From an uncultured Prolixibacteraceae bacterium (GTDB lineage: Bacteria > Bacteroidota > Bacteroidia > Bacteroidales > Prolixibacteraceae), in NCBI GenBank assembly GCA_964604035.1, contig CAZRXT010000003.1:1-26917 (forward strand): a DNA stretch of 26,917 nt. The letters are read 5' to 3'. The notes beneath the pieces were generated by a model that ran no database searches, was not told the DNA's origin, and saw only the letters and a list, made by a program, of their open reading frames with translations. The number at the start of each line of letters is the position of its first letter. Position 1 is the stretch's first letter. Positions 9,529-16,847 of the stretch are shown piece by piece. The translations under genes and the position numbers were made by a program.

Positions 9529-9560
9529 TTTTTCAATTGTTGATTTAAAATACGAGACGA

Positions 9561-10682
9561 ATGAAAGTAATTGTTGATGATAAAATTCCATATATAAAAG
9601 GTGCTTTAGAACCTTTTGCCGAAGTGGTTTATTTGCCCGGGAAGAACACAACCCCAGAAGTTGTAAAAGATGCCGATGTAATAATTACCCGCACCCGCAC
9701 TATCTGTAACGAAAAGTTATTGGCAGGTTCAAAAGTTTCGATGATTGCCACAGCCACAATTGGGTTCGATCATATCGATACTGAATATTGCGACAATGCG
9801 GGCATTGAATGGACGAATGCTCCAGGTTGCAATAGTTGGTCGGTAGCCCAATACATTATGGCGGCTTTACACACGTTGGCGTTGGAAAAAAAACTAACAC
9901 TCAGCGAAATGACTATTGGTGTTGTTGGTGCTGGAAATGTTGGGTCAAAAGTAGCTGCTTTATGTAATGCTATTGGAATGAGCGTGTTGGTAAACGATCC
10001 TCCTCGGCAGCGAGCTGAAGGTGATGCCGGGTTCGTCTCATTGAAAGAAATTCAGGAGAATGCCGATATTATTACGATACATACTCCTTTGACTCTTGAT
10101 GGCGAAGATAAAACGTTCCATATTGTTGATCAGTCGTTTATTGATGCTTGTAAGGACAGTGTTTTTGTTATTAATTGTGCGAGAGGCGAGATTTTTGAAA
10201 CGAGCTCTGTTGTTGATGCTTTAACAAGCGGAAAAATTAACGAAGCAATTGTCGATTGTTGGGAAAATGAACCTGATATCGATCAGGAACTGCTCGACAG
10301 AACATTCATTTCAACACCTCACATTGCAGGTTATTCGCGCGATGGAAAGGCAAACGGTACTAGCATGAGCATTCAGGCTATCAGTCGTAAGTTTGATTTG
10401 GGAATCGATAACTGGCAATGCGAAAATATTGAACTTCCTGAAAATACGTTTATCGAAATTGATGGTTCAGGTAAAACAACTCAGCAAATAATAGCAGAGG
10501 CCGTTTTATTTACATACCCAATTCTGAAAGATAGCAATAGGCTCAAAAATTCAATTTTAACTTTTGAAAAGCAGCGAGGAGATTATCCGGTTAGGAGAGA
10601 ATTCCCTGTTTATTCAGTGAAAGTAAAGAATGCCAGTGCCGATGTTATTAAAATATTGTCTGATTTAGGGTTCCAGATTTAA
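9561..10682 (+). CDS. pdxB: Erythronate-4-phosphate dehydrogenase
   Basis: MKVIVDDKIPY, TRTRT, TATIGFDHID, NAPGCNS, GVVGAGNVG, HTPLT, INCARG, DCWENEP and TPHIAGYSRDGK, plus a C-terminal FEKQRGDYPVRRE extension. Confidence 0.95.
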   Translation: MKVIVDDKIPYIKGALEPFAEVVYLPGKNTTPEVVKDADVIITRTRTICNEKLLAGSKVSMIATATIGFDHIDTEYCDNAGIEWTNAPGCNSWSVAQYIMAALHTLALEKKLTLSEMTIGVVGAGNVGSKVAALCNAIGMSVLVNDPPRQRAEGDAGFVSLKEIQENADIITIHTPLTLDGEDKTFHIVDQSFIDACKDSVFVINCARGEIFETSSVVDALTSGKINEAIVDCWENEPDIDQELLDRTFISTPHIAGYSRDGKANGTSMSIQAISRKFDLGIDNWQCENIELPENTFIEIDGSGKTTQQIIAEAVLFTYPILKDSNRLKNSILTFEKQRGDYPVRREFPVYSVKVKNASADVIKILSDLGFQI

Positions 10683-10707
10683 AATTGAGATTGGGAAAAA
10701 CATAAAT

Positions 10708-10745
10708 AAAAAAGCCTTTCCTGTTTTACACGAAAGGCTTTTTTT
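10708..10745. terminator. Bidirectional intrinsic terminator between convergent pdxB and mscL
   Basis: AAAAAAGCCTTTC-11 nt loop-GAAAGGCTTTTTTT, with A and T tracts on opposite sides. Confidence 0.9.
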
Positions 10746-10757
10746 ATGTCTATAGAA

Positions 10758-11159
10758 TTAATTCTTTTTTAGAAGATCACGAATCTCAGTTAAGAGAGTT
10801 TCTTGTGCCGATGGAGCAGGAGGTGCAGCAGGAACTTCTTCTTCTTTCTTCTTCATGCGGTTCATTGCTTTTATTATCATGAATATAGCAAATGCAACTA
10901 TTATGAAATCAATAGTTACTTGTATGAAATTTCCATAATTAAGAGTAACCGCAGCTGCATCGGCGGTGGCATCTTTAAGTATAATTTTGAAATCGGTGAA
11001 ATTGACACCCCCTAAAAGTAGTCCGATAGGAGGCATAATAACATCATTTACAATCGACGATACGATTTTTCCAAAAGCTCCGCCAATGATAATACCTACA
11101 GCCATATCAACAACATTGCCCCGCATGGCAAATTGCTTAAATTCTTTCATTAAACTCAT
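10758..11159 (-). CDS. mscL: Large-conductance mechanosensitive channel
   Basis: [41 protein letters not shown]...YGNFIQ...[10 protein letters not shown]. Confidence 0.99.
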   Translation of the reverse strand: MSLMKEFKQFAMRGNVVDMAVGIIIGGAFGKIVSSIVNDVIMPPIGLLLGGVNFTDFKIILKDATADAAAVTLNYGNFIQVTIDFIIVAFAIFMIIKAMNRMKKKEEEVPAAPPAPSAQETLLTEIRDLLKKN

Positions 11160-11238
11160 TTCTCTAAAGTTTTAGTTGTTTATATTATATTGAATTTATT
11201 TAGGTGTTGCTTTTGATAAAGTCGCTAAACTTATTTTT

Positions 11239-11754
11239 TTACTCGGAAGCCTTTTCAATTTTCTGTTTTTCAAATTCTTCGCTCGAAATAGGAGTAGCAT
11301 CGTTCAGATCCATTGTTTTTCCATTCTCGTCACTGTCCGAATTTTTAATGGTTTTATTTCCACTACTTTGGTTGTTATTCAACAGTTGTTCTAAAGATTC
11401 TTCTTCTCCTGTTTTTGGAGTAAGTTTATAGTAGTGGCTCGATTTATATTTCATTGCCCATAACCAAGCTGGCCAAAAGAAAAAGCCACCAACAACGGCT
11501 CCTCCATCAACTTCTTCGGTACGGCAAATTGTTGTGTAAAATTCGTTGTATCCCTCTTTTTCTATTCTAATTGAAGAACATGAACCTACAATTTTTGTGT
11601 CGGTCATTGAGTAAGGAGTAACGCCTACAGCTTCTTCGTTTATGTATAATTCGGCACCGCTTGGTGTTGAATTAATAAGTGTTGTGCTGGCGCAACTTGA
11701 AAATAAGATACTTGCAGAAAAGATTAAAACAGAAAGTTTTGTAAAATTTTTCAT
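11239..11754 (-). CDS. PEGA-domain lipoprotein
   Basis: Lipobox LFSSC and PEGA-like INSTPSGAELYINEEAVGVTP...IEKEGY, then a Gly-rich hydrophobic helix and a polar tail. Confidence 0.8.
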   Translation of the reverse strand: MKNFTKLSVLIFSASILFSSCASTTLINSTPSGAELYINEEAVGVTPYSMTDTKIVGSCSSIRIEKEGYNEFYTTICRTEEVDGGAVVGGFFFWPAWLWAMKYKSSHYYKLTPKTGEEESLEQLLNNNQSSGNKTIKNSDSDENGKTMDLNDATPISSEEFEKQKIEKASE

Positions 11755-11869
11755 GGCTATTAATTTTAATGTTATGCTATTGTTGTTTACAATAACTATA
11801 CCATAATTTTCGACTATTGAATGAACTTGCTGCTTTAATGTTCATTCCTTTTTCAGATTATGAAAGAGA

Positions 11870-12904
11870 TTATGCCGAAAACTCTTTAACCGCTTTTATA
11901 AAGGCATTAATATTATCGTTCGATACATTTGGAGGCATACCACCTCCGCACGACGGTAACAACATCTTTTTATTCTCGACTAATTGCAGCATTTCCTTAG
12001 TTTGATTATAAACTTCATCGGGGCTACATGCGGCAAGTACATCGCGAGGAGGAAGGCTTCCTAAGATAACAACCTTATTTTCTGTTATTTCATGCAATTC
12101 ATTTATCGATAGCTCAAGTCCTGGATTATATAAGTTGATTCCAATTTCAGAGTAATATTTCACCGATGAAGAACAATCAGCATCATTGTGGAAGAATTTC
12201 ACACTTACATCGGTGTCGTAAATCTCTTTAAGATAAGGGTATCCAAATTCCATGAATTCATCTTCGCCAACAAAACCTACAATATCGTCGAGCATTAGTA
12301 TGCCATCAATGGTTGTAATTGTTTCGCGTTGCAGTTTATGCCACTGTTTCAGAAAATCGGTAATAACTCTCAGTAGTTTATGAACTTTATCGGGTTCCAT
12401 CATCATTGTGGTCATCAATTCTGTTGTTCCCATCAGGAATGATGCAATATTTAGAGGGCCTCTTGATACTGAAAATCGAATTTTATGTCCTGCGGCTTCA
12501 ATTGCTGGCTGTGCAATTTTCAATCGGTTAAGCATAAATGGCAATAAACCATCAGTTTCGGGACTAGGAATTTCTAAATTGTCAATGTCTTCTGAAGAAT
12601 GGATAACTTTTTCAGCAAAAGGGAATTCGTTTTTCCAGAAAACACATTTAGCGCCAAAAGCCGATGGTTCGGTGCACATTCCATATTCACTCCAGAAACC
12701 AGGCAAAAACATTACATCTGGGAATGTTTCAATGGCTTTTAAATTCGCTTTAAGCCACAAATCATCGTTCGAAAAATAATCGAGGATGGAAATGCCGTAC
12801 CATTTAGGGAGCCATGGGCAATCAACAATAAAACCTACAGGCAAACCTCCTGTATTTTCTCCTTTAATAATCGACAGTAAGTCATTCCATTGTTTATCAG
12901 TCAT
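11870..12904 (-). CDS. UroD/MtaA-CmuA superfamily TIM-barrel protein, probable corrinoid-dependent methyltransferase (not HemE)
   Basis: Fold motifs EPSAFGAK, RGPLNIASFLMG...EPDKVH, LDDIVG, FFHND, ILGSLPP and SCGGGMPPNVSNDNINA. The HemE MRQAGR motif is absent. Divergent from corrinoid genes. Confidence 0.85.
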   Translation of the reverse strand: MTDKQWNDLLSIIKGENTGGLPVGFIVDCPWLPKWYGISILDYFSNDDLWLKANLKAIETFPDVMFLPGFWSEYGMCTEPSAFGAKCVFWKNEFPFAEKVIHSSEDIDNLEIPSPETDGLLPFMLNRLKIAQPAIEAAGHKIRFSVSRGPLNIASFLMGTTELMTTMMMEPDKVHKLLRVITDFLKQWHKLQRETITTIDGILMLDDIVGFVGEDEFMEFGYPYLKEIYDTDVSVKFFHNDADCSSSVKYYSEIGINLYNPGLELSINELHEITENKVVILGSLPPRDVLAACSPDEVYNQTKEMLQLVENKKMLLPSCGGGMPPNVSNDNINAFIKAVKEFSA

Positions 12905-13145
12905 GATGTATTCTTTTTTGATTTAAGTGAAATAATATCCAACTAAATTAAGAACTTCATCTGTAGTAGGAAATGTTTTTTATCAAAAGTTCGATAAAAA
13001 GTATGTTTTGGGAGAAATAAAAGAGTTTGAAATTTGAAAAAGAAGCAGGATCGACATATTTTTATAAATTATAACAATGATCTTAGATTTTATGAGGTTA
13101 TTTCGTAATTAATAGTTCATTTTAGGTTCTAATTAAGTTGATATT

Positions 13146-14030
13146 ATGAATAAAATAAGTCAAGAAATATTGAGTGGGAATATTTTAGTTTCCGATGGTG
13201 CTTGGGGAACTTTTCTTCAACAAAAAGGTCTATTGCCTGGCGAATGTCCTGAGTCTTGGAATACATTACATCCCGAAAAAGTTCTCGAAATAGCTCAAAG
13301 TTATATCGATGCAGGTTCCGATATGATTGAAACAAATAGTTTTGGGGGCAACCGCATCAAACTCTCTTATTTTGGAAAAGAAGATCAGGTTTATGAACTA
13401 AACAAAGCTGCTGCCGAAATTTCGCGGAAAGCTGCTGGTCCCAACAAACATGTACTTGGCTCTATTGGACCAACGGGGAAGTTTTTAATAACTGGCGATG
13501 TAACCGAAGAAGAGTTGTTCGAAGTCTTTAAAGAACAGGCAATTGCTTTGGAAGCAGGTGGTGCCGATGCTCTGATTATTGAGACAATGACCGATATTGA
13601 TGAGGCAAAAATTGCGATAAGAGCTTGCAAAGAAAACACTTCGTGCGAAGTGATTTGCACTATGACATTTGACAAAACAGATGAAGCCGTTTTCTATACA
13701 ATGATGGGTGTAACGCCTGCCGATATGACAACTGAACTTGTGGATGCCGGTGTTGATATAATTGGTGCCAATTGTGGAAACGGAATGGAAAATATGGTTG
13801 GCATAACCAAAGAAATACGAGCTGCAAACGCTGAAATTCCTATTCTGATTCATGCAAATGCCGGTGCTCCGGTTTTTCAGAACAACGAAACCCTGTTTCT
13901 TGAAACGCCCGATATTACCGCAGGTTTTGTGAACCCGCTGATTGATGCCGGAGCCAACATTATAGGAGGCTGCTGCGGTACAACGCCCGCACATATTAAA
14001 AGTATAGCTCAAATGGTGAAGCGTAATTAG
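13146..14030 (+). CDS. Stand-alone homocysteine S-methyltransferase domain (MetH Hcy module)
   Basis: LVSDGAWGT, AGSDMIETNSFG, GSIGPTG, IIETM, Zn ligands GANC and GGCCGTTP, and ANAG. Confidence 0.95.
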   Translation: MNKISQEILSGNILVSDGAWGTFLQQKGLLPGECPESWNTLHPEKVLEIAQSYIDAGSDMIETNSFGGNRIKLSYFGKEDQVYELNKAAAEISRKAAGPNKHVLGSIGPTGKFLITGDVTEEELFEVFKEQAIALEAGGADALIIETMTDIDEAKIAIRACKENTSCEVICTMTFDKTDEAVFYTMMGVTPADMTTELVDAGVDIIGANCGNGMENMVGITKEIRAANAEIPILIHANAGAPVFQNNETLFLETPDITAGFVNPLIDAGANIIGGCCGTTPAHIKSIAQMVKRN

Positions 14031-14076
14031 TCTATAAATTACTACTACAATATTTTTATAACTAATCTTTTTTAAG

Positions 14077-14751
14077 ATGAATGCTGAAGAGATATTATTA
14101 AAACTTGCTGAATGTGTTGAGTTTGGCAAAGTGAACAAAGCAGCTCCATTTCCACCAGCAATGAAGGGGATGGATGGTGCCGACGAACTTACCAAGCAAG
14201 CACTTGAAATCGGTGTGAAACCTGTTGATATACTGAATGAAGCTTTAATAAAAGCGATGGATAAAGTGGGCGAAAAGTTTACTCAAAAAAAGATTTTCGT
14301 TCCACAAATGTTAATCGCGGCCAAAGCAATGAATGCTTCGATGGAACATTTGAAACCGTTTTTTCAGAGCGGAGAAGTGAAGCGAAAAGGGAAATTCATT
14401 ATTGGCACTGTTGCCGGCGATTTGCACGATATTGGCAAGAATCTGGTTGCCATGATTGTTGAAGGTGCAGGTTGGGAAGTAATTGATTTGGGCGTAGATG
14501 TTAGTGCTGCCAAGTTTTTACAGGCAATAAAAGAAAATGAAGGCGCTGTTGTTGGTCTATCGGCCTTGTTAACTACAACAATGCTTAGTATGAAAAACAT
14601 AGTTGCAGAAATTAAACGTGAGTATCCAAATGTCACATGTCTTATTGGAGGAGCTCCTATAAATGATCAGTTTATGGTTGAAATTGGAGCCGATGGCTAT
14701 TCTTCCGACCCACAGGGAGCTGTAAATTATTTGAATGCTCTGGTTGCCTGA
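14077..14751 (+). CDS. Stand-alone corrinoid (cobalamin-binding) protein with cap domain
   Basis: Cap helices (AMDKVGEKF...FVPQML), base-off His-on motif GDLHDIGKNLV, VIDLGVDV, GLSALLTTT and IGGAP. Confidence 0.95.
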   Translation: MNAEEILLKLAECVEFGKVNKAAPFPPAMKGMDGADELTKQALEIGVKPVDILNEALIKAMDKVGEKFTQKKIFVPQMLIAAKAMNASMEHLKPFFQSGEVKRKGKFIIGTVAGDLHDIGKNLVAMIVEGAGWEVIDLGVDVSAAKFLQAIKENEGAVVGLSALLTTTMLSMKNIVAEIKREYPNVTCLIGGAPINDQFMVEIGADGYSSDPQGAVNYLNALVA

Positions 14752-14775
14752 TTCTGCTTTTAAAATTTGATTTAA

Positions 14776-15513
14776 TTGGATAAAACTGAAAATATCGAAG
14801 AGGTTATCTCAACCCTTTCAAGTTGTTCCGAAACGTTTATTCCCGAAATTGGGAAAGATGATGTTAATCTTGTGAATATCTTGAAAGGGTTGGGCATGAC
14901 TCTTGCCGATGCTGACGATTACCTGCTCGAACTTATTGATAGGTTTACGCTCGAATGCATCCAACTTCTTCAACCCAAAACATGCTTCTCGGTCTATTCT
15001 GACTTGCATTTCGATTTGAAAGAGAATACGATAACCATTTCAAATCAGACTTTCGAAACAGGGAAAACGGTAACTCAATTATTGAAAAAAAGTGAAGCAA
15101 TAGTTCTTTTTGCTTGCACCACGGGTTCGGCAGTTACAAAACTTTCGAAAACACTTCTTTCTGAAGGACATGTACTTGAGGGGCTTTTGGTCGATTTAAT
15201 TGGGTCCGAACTTGCCGAGTCTATAACCGAACATCTGCATGTTTTTATCGGAACAAAATTTGGAAAGGCGGGGCTCAATGTTTCTAATCGGTTTAGCCCA
15301 GGATATTGCAACTGGTCTGTTTCTGAACAACAAAAACTTTTTCCACTTTTACCTGGCAATCATTCAGGTATTCAACTAACACCATCATCTTTAATGATTC
15401 CTATTAAGTCAGTTAGTGGAATTCTTGGAGTAGGTACTTCTGTAAAAAAAGTTGCTTACAAATGCGATGTTTGTAACGACACGAAGTGTATTATGAGGAG
15501 TTCTGGATTGTAG
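14776..15513 (+). CDS. Stand-alone B12-dependent methionine synthase activation (SAM-binding) domain protein
   Basis: LFACTTG, DLIGSELAE, RFSPGYCNW, GIQLT..SLMIPIKSVSGILG and C-terminal CDVCNDTKC. TTG start is uncertain. Confidence 0.85.
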   Translation: MDKTENIEEVISTLSSCSETFIPEIGKDDVNLVNILKGLGMTLADADDYLLELIDRFTLECIQLLQPKTCFSVYSDLHFDLKENTITISNQTFETGKTVTQLLKKSEAIVLFACTTGSAVTKLSKTLLSEGHVLEGLLVDLIGSELAESITEHLHVFIGTKFGKAGLNVSNRFSPGYCNWSVSEQQKLFPLLPGNHSGIQLTPSSLMIPIKSVSGILGVGTSVKKVAYKCDVCNDTKCIMRSSGL

Positions 15514-15602
15514 TTTTTGTTCAAAATTCAAATTTCATACATTTAACCTGCTTATACATTGAATCTTTAATCATTTCAATTTCTTCTAATTATTCTTTAA
15601 AA

Positions 15603-15610
15603 TACCTTTG
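15603..15610 (+). promoter_or_regulatory. Candidate Bacteroidota -7 box for the 8-TM/80-aa cassette
   Basis: TACCTTTG matches TAnnTTTG. A near -33 element (TTTC, 15580-15583) lies 19 bp upstream. Confidence 0.45.
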
Positions 15611-15725
15611 GGTCTGTTATTGTTCATTCAAAATTTTGTTTTAAATTGTATACTATTCTTCTGTTTCAATTTTTTACAACTAAGATTTTATTGAGTGATT
15701 ATTTGTAGACATTAAATATAAACTT

Positions 15726-16541
15726 ATGAGAGCTAATAGAATTAATATTGTTTGGTACTTTGTTCTGGCAATTGTTTTTATCAACATTTTCTTCTATGTT
15801 GTTAAGCCCGGGGGAGAGATGGTGTTAACCATCGTAAGTGACTTGCTGCCTGTAATATGTTCCTTGATTACTATTGTTGCTCTTTGGGGAACATTTAAAG
15901 CTTTTAAAGTTCATGATTATACAAGAACAGCTTGGTTCCTGATTTTTGTTGGCATGATTATGAATTTTTTAGGCGAATCTTCTTACTCTTATCAAGAGAT
16001 TATTCTTAAGGTTGATTTAGCAAATATTGCTTACAGTATTTCTGATTTGTTTTGGTTTTCAAGTTATCTTTTTTGTATAACTGGATTGTCAATCCTAATT
16101 AGAGGATACTTTAAAAGCGACTTTCCAATTGGTAATCAATTACATCTTACATTAGTTATGCTGTTATTGGTTTTGTTAATAGCAATTTTGATTGTCGTTC
16201 TACTTCAGCCAATTGTTAAAGATGTCGAAACTCCGATGTTAGATAAGGTCGTTTATCTTTTATATCCAATTTTTGATATGATTCAGGTAATAATTGCTTG
16301 TGCGTTGCTATTTATTGTCCGAAAATTTAAAGGTGGATTAGTAAAAGCTCCTTGGCGATTAATTGCTGCTGGATTTTTGTTTATGGCAGTTTCAGATATC
16401 ATGTTTTCTTATTTTAGCTGGAACGATGCTTATGGTAGTGGCAATTTTATCGACTTAGGTTGGAATGCGGGTTATTTGCTTATTGCAATGGCGGGTTTAT
16501 ATCAAAAGAATTTAGTTAAATCGTTAGATGGAGGTGTATGA
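15726..16541 (+). CDS. Uncharacterised 8-TM membrane protein resembling the N-terminal membrane sensor module of GGDEF/His-kinase proteins, with no output domain
   Basis: Eight hydrophobic stretches by eye. Motifs R-x-AW...G, SISDLFWFSSY, LLYPIFD, W-x-LIAAG...SD and IDLGWNAGY. The protein ends about 12 aa after the last TM. Confidence 0.75.
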   Translation: MRANRINIVWYFVLAIVFINIFFYVVKPGGEMVLTIVSDLLPVICSLITIVALWGTFKAFKVHDYTRTAWFLIFVGMIMNFLGESSYSYQEIILKVDLANIAYSISDLFWFSSYLFCITGLSILIRGYFKSDFPIGNQLHLTLVMLLLVLLIAILIVVLLQPIVKDVETPMLDKVVYLLYPIFDMIQVIIACALLFIVRKFKGGLVKAPWRLIAAGFLFMAVSDIMFSYFSWNDAYGSGNFIDLGWNAGYLLIAMAGLYQKNLVKSLDGGV

Positions 16542-16780
16542 TGGGGAATGTATATGCAAATAGGTATGCTGCTCAAATTTTTGCCATATTGTCGCCACTT
16601 ATTGGTGAGTTAATGGCTAAAGGCGCAATTAGGTCGCAATGTAATAGACTTGGAATTACTGAAGATGGTATTGAAAAACAGCATATTCCTGTGCTTGCCG
16701 AAGGGGTAAAGAAAGCTATGACATTATTTGTTGGGTCTGAAGGAGCGTCGCAAATTGAAAAAAGGATAAGATTAATTTGA
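16538..16780 (+). CDS. Small all-helical hypothetical protein (80 aa)
   Basis: ATGA overlap with the upstream stop, an amphipathic helical pattern (LSPLIGELMAKGAI...FVGSEGASQI), and a terminator directly after. Confidence 0.75.
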   Translation: MMGNVYANRYAAQIFAILSPLIGELMAKGAIRSQCNRLGITEDGIEKQHIPVLAEGVKKAMTLFVGSEGASQIEKRIRLI

Positions 16781-16804
16781 AATGGGATCGATATATTTTT
16801 CATT

Positions 16805-16842
16805 AAAACAGGGCTGCTGAATTTTCAGAGCCCTGTTTTTTT
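16805..16842. terminator. Bidirectional intrinsic terminator
   Basis: AAAACAGGGCT-G-CTGA-ATTT-TCAG-AGCCCTGTTTTTTT between convergent genes. Confidence 0.88.
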
Positions 16843-16847
16843 AGGTG

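Noticed and set aside
11870-12904. Calling this gene hemE (uroporphyrinogen decarboxylase)
   Set aside because: It has no MRQAGR motif and sits in a corrinoid methyl-transfer context.
12905-13145. Cobalamin or SAM riboswitch ahead of the corrinoid genes
   Set aside because: The region is very AT-rich, with no recognisable conserved core or GC stems by eye. An Rfam scan would settle it.
13485-14195. 236-aa minus-strand ORF
   Set aside because: It is antisense to two well-supported genes, has no motif, and its composition is typical of a shadow frame.
13146-15513. A frameshifted or fragmented metH pseudogene
   Set aside because: Each ORF is a complete domain with its own start, clean stop and intact ligands. 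The order skips the pterin domain and leaves no remnant.
11870-15513. Pyrrolysine-type methylamine methyltransferase (amber read-through)
   Set aside because: No MttB/MtbB/MtmB-like sequence or pyl genes were seen. The TAG stops at 14030 and 15513 follow complete domains.
15726-16541. Microbial rhodopsin or heliorhodopsin
   Set aside because: There is no retinal-binding Lys in the last helices, and it has eight rather than seven predicted TMs.
16573-16803. 76-aa minus-strand ORF as an antisense toxin/antitoxin partner
   Set aside because: It fully overlaps the translationally coupled 80-aa gene and begins at the terminator, with no supporting motif.
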